A stretch of DNA of 64,000 nt from Eledone cirrhosa (lineage: Eukaryota), in contig OZ024740.1 in the NCBI GenBank assembly GCA_964016885.1, positions 375,844,001-375,908,000 on the forward strand, given 5' to 3'. The notes under the pieces are model-generated. The model was given only the letters and a program-made list of their open reading frames with translations, did no database searches and was not told where the DNA came from. Positions 43,189 to 63,500 of the stretch are shown here, piece by piece. The first letter of the stretch is position 1. Each line of letters begins with the position of its first letter. A program made the position numbers and the translations under genes.

Positions 43189-45377
43189 AGCGGCGATGAA
43201 TTAGTTTTGCGAGGTTTTTTATATGAAATCGTGTGTCGAAACAGATATTGTTATATTTGGGGAGGGTCATATTTGCGTAATATTGCCAGAATTAATAACA
43301 GAACACACTCACTGTTTGGTTGGTTTTCGCTTCTCGCTGTCTTTTATATATATATATCTGCGATCTAACTTACTCGGTCCTCAATGTTGCCATTGACTGA
43401 CCGGCGGTCAAAAATAATACAGATACAATATAGACAAACACATATATATATAGTTTACATAAATCTTTCGTTGCACATCTGCAACATCGTCAGTGGTGTT
43501 ATATTCATTGTTCCTCCTGTTGTGTTGTATGTCTACGCCATTTTTTTGTTCAGTCTGTCTATATATTTATTTATTTATTTGCTTGTTTGTTTATCTTATT
43601 TTATTTTGTCTTCTTTGCGCATGCGTTTGCGTGTGTGTATAGTGTTATGTGTGATGTGTGATGTGTGACTAGTGTGTATAGTGTTGTCTGCTGGGTGACT
43701 AGTGTGTGTTTATGTGCTTGTGTATGTATTTATTTATCTTATTTTATTTAATTTAATTTACTTATTTATTTATACTTCTCTTAGGTCAGTGTTGTTTGTT
43801 TGGGTGTTGTTGTTGTTCCACTCATTCTTTCTGTTTAGCTTTGGTCTTCTAATTTCTATTTCACTGGCCTCTCTGATTTGCCTATCTGCTGGGTCATTCC
43901 TATGTTTAGATATTATTCTAATTTCTATGTTGTCTATGTTACCGTCATGATGTTGTCTAGCATGTTCGTATAGTACTGACCCGTTTTTTCGTCCTTTTAG
44001 TTCCCCCCAGTGTTGGTCTATCCTTTCACCTATGCTACGAGCTGTCTCACCTATGTATGTTGTTGTCGTGTTTCTGCAAGTACCCTCTGTACATCTTATG
44101 CTATAGACTACGTTTCTAGTTTTACAGTTTATCCGGGGGTTCACCTTACATATGATACATTTCCTATTGGTACAGTGGGTTTTCTTAAAAGGGTAGGTTT
44201 TGCTGATCAGGGATTTTATGGTGGTTCCTGGCTTTTCTACCACCTTTATTTTTAAGTGGGTCTTTCTCAGGGCCTTTCTACACTGGTTAGCTAATTTCCC
44301 TCCAGGGGTGGCGTCCACCTGGAGGGAAATTAGCTAACCAGTGTAGAAAGGCCCTGAGAAAGACCCACTTAAAAATAAAGGTGGTAGAAAAGCCAGGAAC
44401 CACCATAAAATCCCTGATCAGCAAAACCTACCCTTTTAAGAAAACCCACTGTACCAATAGGAAATGTATCATATGTAAGGTGAACCCCCGGATAAACTGT
44501 AAAACTAGAAACGTAGTCTATAGCATAAGATGTACAGAGGGTACTTGCAGAAACACGACAACAACATACATAGGTGAGACAGCTCGTAGCATAGGTGAAA
44601 GGATAGACCAACACTGGGGGGAACTAAAAGGACGAAAAAACGGGTCAGTACTATACGAACATGCTAGACAACATCATGACGGTAACATAGACAACATAGA
44701 AATTAGAATAATATCTAAACATAGGAATGACCCAGCAGATAGGCAAATCAGAGAGGCCAGTGAAATAGAAATTAGAAGACCAAAGCTAAACAGAAAGAAT
44801 GAGTGGAACAACAACAACACCCAAACAAACAACACTGACCTAAGAGAAGTATAAATAAATAAGTAAATTAAATTAAATAAAATAAGATAAATAAATACAT
44901 ACACAAGCACATAAACACACACTAGTCACCCAGCAGACAACACTATACACACTAGTCACACATCACACATCACACATAACACTATACACACACGCAAACG
45001 CATGCGCAAAGAAGACAAAATAAAATAAGATAAACAAACAAGCAAATAAATAAATAAATATATAGACAGACTGAACAAAAAAATGGCGTAGACATACAAC
45101 ACAACAGGAGGAACAATGAATATAACACCACTGACGATGTTGCAGATGTGCAACGAAAGATTTATGTAAACTATATATATATGTGTTTGTCTATATTGTA
45201 TCTGTATTATTTTTGACCGCCGGTCAGTCAATGGCAACATTGAGGACCGAGTAATTTAGATCGCAGATATATATATATAAAAGACAGCGAGAAGCGAAAA
45301 CCAACCAAACAGTGAGTGTGTTCTGTTATTAATTCTGGCAATATTACGCAAATATGACCCTCCCCAAATATAACAAT
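43189..45377. mobile_element. Palindromic head-to-head PLE 3' half (GIY-YIG + pseudo-LTR)
   Basis: Arms 43247-44306 / 44318-45377 near-identical; mirror ORFs 43770-44318(-) and 44381-44854(+) with NVVY...YIGETAR..ER..H; left-only tail 43189-43246; same family as 52165-56072. Confidence 0.95.
45126..45168 (+). ncRNA. Minimal HHR motif
   Basis: CA-CTGACGA-T-GTTGCA-GATG-TGCAAC-GAAA-GATT-TA^TG; stem I is weak; copies 43456-43498(-) and 52423-52465(-). Confidence 0.65.
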
Positions 45378-45630
45378 GTATATATATATATTTATATATA
45401 TATATGATTACGAAGAAAAGATGGATATTGCATTAAATGATTTGAACACAACTTTCATAATTGTCTAATTTATTTATTTTCCTGCTCTGTAAATCAACTG
45501 GTATTGTTATATTGAGGTATTTCTCTTACTGGTAATAAGGTAGTAGAACATACAGACCTTTCCTGTTTATAGTTGTTTATAGCATATACATAACTATAAA
45601 TAGTATTATTATTATTATGTATATATATAT

Positions 45631-45920
45631 ATTAGAAAGTGAGGTTTTTTTACAAAATGAAAAATAACCGAGGTGTCCTACACGAGTGTAAGTATAAAGA
45701 AAAAGGGATGAAATCAAAAATGCAACTGAAGTCTTATTTTAAAAAAAAATATATATATTTATTTGGTTCCTTTACCGGTTTCGCAGTTCTTCTCCATCTC
45801 AACTCACCTTTTGAAAAGCAGAAGAACTGCGAAACCGGTAAAGGAACCAAATAAATATATATATTTTTTTAAAAAATAAGACTTCAGTTGCATTTTCGAT
45901 TTCATCCCTTTTTCTTTATA
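45631..45920. mobile_element. Neptune-like pseudo-LTR hairpin with tail
   Basis: Arms 45693-45793 / 45820-45920; left-only tail 45631-45692; family of 28100-28285. Confidence 0.85.
45807..45844 (+). ncRNA. Minimal HHR, U3-A8 covariant core
   Basis: CCTT-TTGAAAA-GCAG-AAGAA-CTGC-GAAA-CCGG-TA^AAGG; all stems pair; stem III palindrome ACCGGT. Confidence 0.8.
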
Positions 45921-46118
45921 TATATATATATATATACATATATATACATATATAACTACATAAACGGAGAAAGCTATTAGCAATACTCCGACCAATTTCC
46001 AACTCACTCAACAAACATTAGGAAATAACGGAGTATATTCCAAATTAAACGTTTGGAGTGCTATCTATATTGTATTGTGTGGATAATTGGGTGTATTATT
46101 TTATATGAGATATATTAA

Positions 46119-46190
<72 letters not shown>

Positions 46191-46193
<3 letters not shown>

Positions 46194-47803
46194 TAAAAAG
46201 GAAAAGAAAATGCTGACAAATTTTTCCCAGTGCAAAATAGTTTTAGGAATAAGTATAAGTTAGTAATTAGTATTAGTTAGTATTCAGATTTAGTTTTAAG
46301 TGTTTACCGGTTGCGCATTTCTTATGCTTTTCAAAAATAATTTTGAGATAGAGTGCTCGTGATTTTTGCTCTAATCTGATGTATTGTAAATTCTTCCTGT
46401 TTTATGTGACAAAATTGGCATGGGAGTTATTAACATTTGGTTGGTTGTTGAATGTCACGTGAATAAGCACTATCAATTTCGCGCCAATTCATGTTGCAAA
46501 AATTGTTGTAGTCAAAATAATTTTGATTGGTCGGTAGAAGTCACGTGAATGTTTCAATTGATTTTAGCACGAACTGGTTTCGCGCCAAATGTAGGTTTGT
46601 CGAAGAATGTCCTTTTCCGCTTGATTGAGTTGCAGTCATGTTGAGTGGTCAACAGTTCAGGTGTCTATTAAGACAAATATGTGTTTGTGTGTGTAGCAAA
46701 GTGTTTCATTGTTGTGATAATGGAAATGAATCGGTCAGTAGGAATGTGTGTGTACGTGTGTGGGGGGGGGGGATTTTAACGTGTTGAAACATATTTTTCA
46801 GCTCTTGTCTTATACTGAGTCGTGTGTCTGTGTGTGTGTGTGTATGTCTGTCTGTATGTTAGTGTGCGCGTGTGCATGCGTGTGTGTGACTGTGTGTGGA
46901 TGGACCAGTATTTTTGTGGTACTGGTAAAAATAGTGTACATTATTCGATATTTTCAGCCATTTACAAAAACGATTCTCTCAAAAGAACATCAATAACATC
47001 AATAACATCAATAATAAAAGAGGTGATTTGTCATAACAACAAGGCGTGTATCAGTCCAGATTGTACGTACTGCAAGGGGAATCCATTGGGCCCTGCCGTA
47101 TGGGATACTTGTGTACACATATGTATGCACCCATCAAAGTGCAATACATGTGTGTGTATAAGATATGGGCTGAAAAATATGTTTCAACATGTTAAAATAA
47201 CCCCCCCCCCCCCTCGCACACACGTACACACACATTCCTACTGACCGATTCATTTCCGTTATGACAACAATGAACCACTTTCCTACACACACACACACAC
47301 ACACACATATTTGTCTTAATAGACACCTGAACTGTTGACCTCTCAACATGACTGCAACTCAATCAAGCGGAAGAGGACACTCTTCGACAAACCTACAATT
47401 GGCGCGAAACCAGTTCGCGCTAAATATCAATTAAAACAGTCACGTGACCAACCAAAATTGTTTTGACTACAACAATTTTTGCAACACGAATTGGCGCGAA
47501 ATTGATAGTGCTTATTCACGTGACATTAAACAACCAACCAAATTGTAATACCTCCCAAGCCACTTTTTTCACATAAAACAGGAAGAATTTACAAAACTGA
47601 TCAGATTAGAGTAAAGATCACGAGCACTCTATCTCAAAATTATTTTTGAAAAGCATAAGATATGCGCAACCGGTATAACGTTAAAAATAAAACGGAATGC
47701 TAACTAATACTTATTACTAACTTATACTTATTCCTAAATAAACATTTTCTTTTCCTTTTTACTAATATATCACAACTTGTGTGTGACACCTCTATTTTTT
47801 TTA

Positions 47804-47805
<2 letters not shown>
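46191..47805. mobile_element. Neptune-related pseudo-LTR fold-back
   Basis: Arms 46191-46802 / 47169-47764; right-only tail; HHR relic TTGAAAA-GCAT..ATGC-GCAA-CCGG-TA (GAAA mutated in both arms). Confidence 0.85.
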
Positions 47806-47839
<34 letters not shown>

Positions 47840-48173
47840 CTGATGGTAGCTAAGATGCTTCCATAGGCGGTATGTCGGTTGAGCACTCTATGCTCTTACA
47901 GAGCAGATTGTGATAGAATAGAAAACGAAAAATCAGTTGGTGCATCTGAAATCAATATATTGTGTGTTACGATTGTTTCGCCACCGGACAGCTCGAGATG
48001 CGATCATTGTGAGAGAATATCGTCTGAAATCATTAGACGTGTCCGTCAAACCTGCGGCTCCAGAATCAGACAAGTCCACACAATGATCGCGTCTCGAGCT
48101 GTCTGCCGGCGAAACACCTGTAACACACAATAAATTGAGTTCAGATACATTACTGATTTTTTTCGTTTTCTAT
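47840..48173. repeat. Short fold-back with tail
   Basis: Arms about 47918-48010 / 48078-48173; HHR 3' half GAAA-CACCTG-TA; left tail carries GCTCTG on the minus strand (47899-47904). Confidence 0.75.
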
Positions 48174-48189
48174 CCTGTGTATATGTATG

Positions 48190-48222
<33 letters not shown>

Positions 48223-48872
48223 GATTACGAATAAAAGATGGATATCGCATTTCCATATGATAGTTAATGCGATAACTGTCGTTATGCTTATTTCAGGTCA
48301 TGTCTGTTGGGCAAATTCGATGTGTGTGTCAGACTGGCAAGCCATCATCAGAATGTAGATGCAGGCATGTATATAAATTGCATAAGTTCGGAAACATATT
48401 GGACGAGATATTTCGGAAATGATTTGTTTAGGATTGCTCTACAATATGATGTTTACAGTAGTAGTACATCCAACGTGAAGTGATTAAACCAGCTTACGCT
48501 CGATATAATTGATTATTCTGACACAAGAGCCAAGTTCATAAATAATTAATTAAATATTATTTAAATGAAGAAAATATACCAACACGCACACACAAAAACA
48601 CCCACACACATAAAACATATACACACACACACACATATATATATATATATGGAGAGAGAGATGAAAAGTAATATGGGAGCGTTGAATACTCATTGTATTT
48701 TTTTAAATATTTACTTGTAAATGTACAATGCGTAATGTAAAACAAGGACTGGATACGATATATTATAGGTTTCAGAATTACATAATCATGTATATTGTTA
48801 CTAGGTTCCACTATCTCGATTTCAATTATTAATAAAATGATTAATCTTATATTCGTACTGATGTGCATTTTT

Positions 48873-48962
<90 letters not shown>

Positions 48963-49543
48963 TATATATATGAAGAAGAAGTTTACGAAATGGAAATGCG
49001 GGTATACAGAATTTATTAGGTAATAATTGTTTCTATAGTGTATGGGTTACCTATACCTCGCTATTTGAATAATATAAAAATATTATCATAAACCGAAGGT
49101 ACACTGTAAGCAAACACACCATGTCATCAGACCTTTGTATTGTAATGATATGAAAATATTTTATACACTAGATAAAAGATAAAGCAGGAGGTAGGAAGAG
49201 AAGGGGAATATGGAAGTGAGTAAGGTGGAGGGAGTCCTAGGATTTAAGACTGTCAGACTAGTAGAGATTGCGAGGAGAGAATGTTTTGGCAGCAGTTAGC
49301 TTAATGAGGCGTGTTAGGTTTGGCGGGGAAGTAAATTCTTCTAGTGGTGTTGTTCGGACAAAATTTAGTTAAAGGGGTCAAAGTGGTACAGTGTCACAGA
49401 CAGGTTATTAGGGCTATTATAGTAGCAGGTTATTTCTAAAAGGGTCCAGAAAAACAGTGTTTAGTACTATTATTATAGAAAGTCATATCTTGTGTATAAA
49501 CATATAAAACAGAAATTTGCAAACGGTGGTGTAAAAGGTAACA

Positions 49544-50810
49544 TTATATGCATTTAAAAAAAGAAAAAGTCGTTTTCAAACGATGGTTACAGTATAGAGA
49601 ACGTTCAATTTTGCTGTTCAAAAGTTTGTTTACCGACGTTAAAATGCAGTATATCTCTAAATTGCATAACTTGCAGAATCGATGATTTTGCTGATATACA
49701 GGCGCAGCTGCAATAATTTGCCAATCAAGGGAGAACGCTTGATTGTACCTCCGAAGCTGCCAGGCTTTATCGGCGAGGGTTGTTACGGAGCGCATTTTCT
49801 CGTGTCTGATCGAAGATCGATGTTGGTATAGGCGAGCTTTGAAAGAAGTTGCGGTACATCCGACGTAATACCATTTGTTGGTTCCGGAATTTATTGTACA
49901 TTGGTAGACAATATTGCGTGCTAGGCACTGGTTATTCAGTGGGCACGTACCTGGTTTGGTGCAGTTACAATTATTTTTATGTTTTGCAGTAGAATCCTGG
50001 CTAGTTTGGTGGGGTTGTGGTTGCGTGTTAGTGCGTTGTATGTTGCTATGCTGGTGCGCTGAGTCATTAGGGATGTACTTATTCAGTATTGCTGAGTTGA
50101 GTTTTTTAATTAGTTGTTCTACGTTAGGTGCAGTGGAGTATGAGAGTCTAATGGTGCGCGAGTTAAAGATTTTATAGTATTTATGTGAAGTTGTAAAGTG
50201 TTTATTGATTAGTGTATAGAATTGTGAGATAATCTTAGTGCTAATAGAAGAATTGTACACGGGGTTATACCATATGTACTCTCTACGTCTGACTCTATTT
50301 GCTGGTTTGCACCTATTAGTATGCCTATTGATGTGTGTGTGTGGTGCAATACTAGTTCGACTTAGGTGTGTTTTATTCATAGTACTTATGTGGTTATCGT
50401 CTAGATATTCTATTTTCTCGCAGTAACCAGCTTTTCTAAGTGCGTCATTATAATATTCACCATGCTCGTTGAAGGTCTGCAAATTAGACGACAGTCGGGA
50501 GATCCTTATGGATATATTTTTAGGGATAGTTTTAATAATGGAATGAGGGTGGTTCGATTTTACATTAACGTACTTGAGATTTTCATTAAGTTTGTGAAAT
50601 GGCGCTATATTACCGTTATTAAGGTTGAAGGTGACATCCAAGAAGTTGACCACCTTAAGATTGTGTTCGAAGGTAATATTAAGCCCTAGTTCTAAGAAAA
50701 GTTTCCTAATGTTTTTACGTCGCCTTTCTAGGTTTTGTTTGTTCATATTCTTGACTAATATAAGTGTATCGTCGCGGTATATTTCGCCATGGAGGTCCGT
50801 AAATTCGCTC
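49544..50810 (-). pseudogene. PLE RT C-terminal half + CxCx5C linker + GIY-YIG endonuclease (5'-truncated, open frame)
   Basis: IYRDD, VNFLDVTFNL, SNHP, IWYNP, CNCTKPGTCPL, IVY..YVGCT..FKARLYQH, CKLC.LE, CNH. Confidence 0.9.
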
Positions 50811-51092
50811 CAGAGCGAATAACCTGTCTGTGACACTGTACCACTTTGACCCCTTTAACTAAATTTTGTCCGAACAACACCACTAGAAGAATTTACTTCC
50901 CCGCCAAACCTAACACGCCTCATTAAGCTAACTGCTGCCAAAACATTCTCTCCTCGCAATCTCTACTAGTCTGACAGTCTTAAATCCTAGGACTCCCTCC
51001 ACCTTACTCACTTCCCTATTCCCCTTCCCTTCCTACCTCCTCCTTTATCTTTTATCTAGTGTATAAAATATTTTCATATCATTACAATACAA

Positions 51093-51209
51093 AGGTCTGA
51101 TGACATGGTGTGTTTGCTTACAGTGTACCTTCGGTTTATGATAATATTTTTATATTATTCAAATAGCGAGGTATAGGTAACCCATACACTATAGAAACAA
51201 TTGTTACCT
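51093..51209 (+). ncRNA. Hammerhead ribozyme with 90-nt rod-like stem II
   Basis: AGGT-CTGATGA-C-ATGGTGTG...TACACTAT-A-GAAA-CAATTG-TT^ACCT; mirror copy 49018-49134(-). Confidence 0.8.
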
Positions 51210-51962
51210 AATAAATTCTGTATACCCGCGTTTCCATTTCGTAAACTTCTTCTTCATATTTTCTCCGGATTTTAAAACTCACTTTGTTATACGTTGAGCA
51301 ATCTCTGACGTAGGTTGACACCATCCAATGCAACTACTTAGTAACACTGGAATACAAATTTACTATTTATATATATATATATATACCTGGAGTTGCGATC
51401 AATAGAGAGTATTAGCAATTGGAAAGACCAACGGAAACATTGCTTCCTCGGTCTGATTTGACGAAAGTCTATCGTTCCAAAAAAACAAAAAAAACAAAAA
51501 ATATATATATATATAGTAATAATAATAATATTATCTTCGTTTTTTTTCCTTCTTTGCCAGGGAACGTCTCTACGAACCAAAGTATCGTCTTTCTGTCTCC
51601 CTTCGGTTGCAACGTTTTTCGAAATATTTAATTCTGCGTTCACAGATTGATTTTTTTTAGTTTCAGAAGATCCCGTTATGCGTGAAAGCAGCGACGCTTT
51701 GCTTAAACTTTAATCTGTTATATTAATAAATATATATATATATATTCTACGGTTAGCTTTCCTCTTTGTTGTTACTTGTCGCACTCGCTTTACGCGTTTT
51801 AATTGTCCTAATAACTTAATTTAGTTATTATTGCACCAACGTGAGGTATATGATTTTTAATGCAATGAAATATCTATGATCGTTGGCAAATCAGTGATGA
51901 GGGACTCATTTTATAACATGTTATCCATGTGCAACCTGCAGCATTCTTCTCCCCATTTTTTC

Positions 51963-56194
<4,232 letters not shown>

Positions 56195-56202
56195 TATATA
56201 TA

Positions 56203-59030
<2,828 letters not shown>

Positions 59031-59043
59031 CAGATTCACTCTT

Positions 59044-59472
<429 letters not shown>

Positions 59473-59557
59473 AAGATTAATATGGTTCATTGATTACACA
59501 ATGAATATAGTTTTACAGTAGAGTAAAAGCACTCTACAAGAAACGTTTTCTGGGGTT

Positions 59558-59812
59558 ATTATTATTCAGAATAATAATAAATGAAGACATTCACACAATC
59601 AAATTATACGTTTTATTATATATATTTCGAAGGTACTGCGCTGCCAATACTGGAATTGAACCAGAAAGACCGTTGAGGTATGTCATACATCAATTCATGT
59701 ATTTTATCTGACGAGGAAATACTGAAAAAACAGCACAGTATCTTCCAAATATATATAATAAAACATATATTTTGATTATGTGAATTTCTTCATTTATTAT
59801 TATTCTGAATAA
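59558..59812. repeat. Fold-back with HHR-like relic
   Basis: Arms about 59558-59638 / 59738-59812; CTGACGA-GGAAATACTG..CAGTATCTTCC-AAA. Confidence 0.65.
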
Positions 59813-60014
59813 GTACATATATACACACATAAATCCAGCAATTAATCGTAGGGTCCAAGCCGTATGAAGAACTCAATGTAATCCGTATGTAGAAGATGTC
59901 GGGAAGCAAAGTTTAAAACACAAAATTTCAACGATATAATTCATTGGAAGCAGAGTCAAAATAATACTAATAGTGAAAACAATGAAATTAAAAAAAATAC
60001 GGGTAATTCCTAGT

Positions 60015-60163
60015 AAAACTCATTATTTTACGATCGTTTCCGAGGGGTAGTTCTCCGTATGTTCATTCTATTAGTGATCTATGTAAAATACATTAAAAAT
60101 TATCTAAGTAAGAAAATATACATACGTCTTCCCTACCCGCTGTCTTCAGAAATAATGAGTTTT
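60015..60163 (-). ncRNA. Hammerhead ribozyme, 14-bp stem I, about 100-nt stem II
   Basis: AAAACTCATTATTT-CTGAAGA-CAGCGGGTAG..CGTATG...CATACG..CTACCCCTCG-GAAA-CGATCG-TA^AAATAATGAGTTTT. Confidence 0.85.
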
Positions 60164-60851
60164 GTTTATTGAAGAATATAAAAACATGTATGAATACGTA
60201 ACATTTTAAGAACAAGGTTGAGATGGACCAATAGTAAAAATAGGAAGGGGCAATATAGATCACAAGCTGGTAGTAGTAGATGAATACATTATCAGTCATG
60301 GGATGAGGTATCGAATGACCTTTAAGAAAAGAAAGCTGCGAGTGTAAAGGAATTTAGACAGATTGTAGGAAATTTCAGAAAAGTGTGGACTATCAAGGAA
60401 GGTTAAAGTTGGAGGAAAAGGGGAGCAGATATCAGTGTGTTATATCCAGTAGAATAGTATAGAACAATCCTAAATATTTGTTATTTCTTTGTTCAAGAGG
60501 AATAATTTGTTCTGAAAATAGAATAAGTAGAGTAATATAGATGGAACCAAAGAAAAGTAAAAAGTAAATAAAAACAATATATAGGTAAGAAAATAATAAC
60601 ATTGTGTTAGAGTGGTCAGAATGAAATTTTACCTGTATGGAATTTTATTTTCGAATAAGAAATCTCATTAATAATCTGGTTTACTTAATAGGTTTAAATG
60701 CATGTCTGTTAAAGCTTTGTTAGAGTGTTGAATATTATGTAATATATAGTGCTCATTAATAGTTATTTATTTAAAACAGTTATAGGGATAAAATATACCA
60801 TTGAATCTATGGAGAAATTCTAATAGCAAAAAATATATATATGTACACACA

Positions 60852-60977
60852 CATTCTATTAAATAAAAGACAAGAATTGATTATCGCATGTAAATATAGA
60901 ATTAGAAAGACATCCAATGTCTTTCTAATTCTATGTTTACATGCGATAATCAATTCTTGTCTTTTATTTAATAGAAT
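60852..60977. repeat. Near-perfect 126-bp hairpin
   Basis: ATTCTATTAAATAAAAGAC...AAAGACAT-CCA-ATGTCTTT...TTTAATAGAAT. Confidence 0.9.
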
Positions 60978-61139
60978 GTCTTTCGATTTAGTAATTTTAA
61001 AAATTTATTGGGAACATAGTCCACCATCCTTTCTATTGTCCTGAAAAGAAATGGCTCTTTTGTGAATCTTCCAAGATAGGTTATAATTCATTTTCTTCTT
61101 TTTACAATTATTAACTGCTTCCGCTAGAAAAGTGGTATT

Positions 61140-62035
61140 AGCTAATCTTGTGTTTCGAAAACTGTGGGTGTGAGCATAAAATCTCGATTTAAACGGATTA
61201 GGTGTGGATCCAATATAGATTGATTAGAGTCCTTAATATGGTAGGGTTGGTAAATGCCTCTTGATAGATCCAAAGTGATGTCGAGGAAATTGAACACTTT
61301 AGTACTATTTTCAAAAGTAATGGTAAGATTATAGTAATCTTTGAGGAATTTCCTAATTTGTTTTTTCATTTCTCTCAGTTTCTGAGAGACTAAGATTGTT
61401 AGATAGAAGAAGACAGTCATCGCGATATAGACCAGCTTTGCGGTGGGGAAAAGAGGAATTTAAATTATATAGGAGAAAGAGGCCCACAAGGCGGATTCCT
61501 GGGCGGAATCCATCGACCCCATAGTGATATCGTATAAATCACTATGTGTTTCTAGTCCAATACTTGTCTTGGAAGTATAGTAGGGTTTCACTGGCATGTG
61601 TCATGATGTTAATGTTCTTCATAGTTATGTCCGATCTATTTTTGGCGAAAATTAATGCTTTGTTCAGTAGTATGGGGGATATTGATGAGTAATATGCATT
61701 GATGTCAGTGAATCAATTGATAACTTGGGAAGTGTTTTCCTACAACGGTAGTTTTACATGTTTCCTTAGTTGTGGGATAACTTTATCAAGAATCTTCTTG
61801 CTAATTACTCCAATGTTCGACTTAGAGGGGCATATGAGCCTAATCGAAGGGTTTGAGTTGAAGTCAGATTTGTCATCTTTCAGATTAAAGTGTGGATTTT
61901 TCGGTGTGAAAGGTTCGGTTCTATCTTCGATGTTGAGTTTTTTTTTGTTATAGTGTGTGATTTATTGTTTATAAAGGTAAGTGCTGTACTATTGATTTTC
62001 TTGGATGTTTTTCCTTAGTTCCTTATAAATGAATT
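61140..62035 (-). pseudogene. Decayed Hydra-like PLE reverse transcriptase
   Basis: NPSIRLICPSKSNIG, DINAYYSSIS, ITMGSMDSA, LYRDD, FNFLDITLDL across frameshifts. Confidence 0.8.
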
Positions 62036-62064
62036 GGCTATATAAGATAAAAAATAATAAAATA

Positions 62065-62105
<41 letters not shown>

Positions 62106-62110
<5 letters not shown>

Positions 62111-62317
62111 AACGAGTAGGACCCCGACGGCTGAGCTCAAGCCGTTTCGACGGCTAATTCTGGACTAGAAATTTATCTTAGTCCAGAATTAGCCGTCGAA
62201 ACGGCTTGAGCTCAGGCGTCGGGGTCCTATTCGTTCCTATTACCCACTCTACTACCCTAAGTATTGAGTACTTTGGTGCGTCATGGTCCACCTGATTCCT
62301 TACCACATTTCCTTCGT

Positions 62318-62319
<2 letters not shown>
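62106..62319. repeat. PLE terminal hairpin plus tail
   Basis: Arms 62106-62167 / 62179-62240; right-only tail 62241-62319; flanked by (TA)n. Confidence 0.9.
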
Positions 62320-62356
<37 letters not shown>

Positions 62357-62479
62357 ATATATATATTTTTTTGCTATTAGAATTACTCCATAGATTCAAT
62401 CCTATATTTCATCCCTATAACTGTTTTAAATAATTAACTGGTAATGAGCACATTATATTCAAATATTTTGTTTATTCTT

Positions 62480-63500
62480 AAGTAGATCTCATATTTCAGG
62501 GCTGTTATCCGTAACCCAGGCATTGATCTCTTTGATGTCATGCCTACTGATGCAGAGTCTGCCTAGAAATTCTTCCCAAAGATTGTCCTGGTTAAGTGTG
62601 ATATTATCAATTAGAAAATTGAACTTCGCCACTTCAATTCTCTTTGGTGCTTCAGTACCTGATTATATAGCTTATGGTGTTTTAGTTATATTGCGTGTGG
62701 CCCTGTCTAGTCGATGATCAGTCCAGTATTTTCCTCCTCTCATTGTGTGTACACTACATACATCTTTTATATCACATTATTTAACAATGATATAATGAAT
62801 GGAATTCCAATCCTTGGACCGGGTGCATCCAAGTTGTCCTATATTTATTTTCCTACTAAAATATAGTGTTTGTTATTACAAATTGATGTTCAGTGGAAAA
62901 CATGAGGAGGGAGGCACGTTTTCGGTTGCACTTTCCTACACCATGTCTATATAAGGCAGGCCCTGTTATGAAATTAGAACCACTCCTAGAGTTGAAGTCA
63001 CCCATAATTACCAGCTTATCTGCAGCTGGCATATTTCTCACTAACGCTCCAATTTTATTGAAGAATTGTTCAATAGATTATTCTTGAAGGGACACTCGTG
63101 ATTGCGAGACATCTTCATTCTTTTCAAATGCAGACCACATGATATAATACGTTCTGAGTGACCACTGGGATAATTTATAAAAGATGAGATTAGAGCATTC
63201 GTGACAGCCAAGTCAACACTTGATTCTCTCCTTCGATCTTCCACTACAACTTTCTAAACGAAAATGTAACCAAAATGATTTTCAGTCAGATGAACATGTC
63301 CCTGTAGGTGTGTCTCAGAGAAAGCCACTATATCTAATGAATATTGTTTATAATCTAGAGCGATCAATGCAGGTCATGTCTCTGGGTTTCCGATCAGAGT
63401 GTCGTCCACTAGCGCACACTCATTATAACAAGCAAGTTTCATAGTGTTTTTAATACTTTTTTTGTTGTCGATTGACCACAGTAGAAGTATCATCACGAGG
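62480..63500 (-). mobile_element. Decayed RTE-like LINE 5' part (APE domain)
   Basis: DKLVIMGDFNSR, HGVGKCN, VITNTIF, HPRSK and WTDHRL motifs with frameshifts. Confidence 0.75.

Larger units (their letters stand above)
48968..51368 (-). mobile_element. 5'-truncated Hydra-like PLE with inverted pseudo-LTR
   Basis: ORF 49544-50836; arms 48968-49409 / 50818-51259; tail 51260-51368 sits on the inverted arm. Confidence 0.93.

Noticed and set aside
48279-48355. Minus-strand CTGATGA...GAAA motif
   Set aside because: Stems I and III pair poorly; too degenerate to call.
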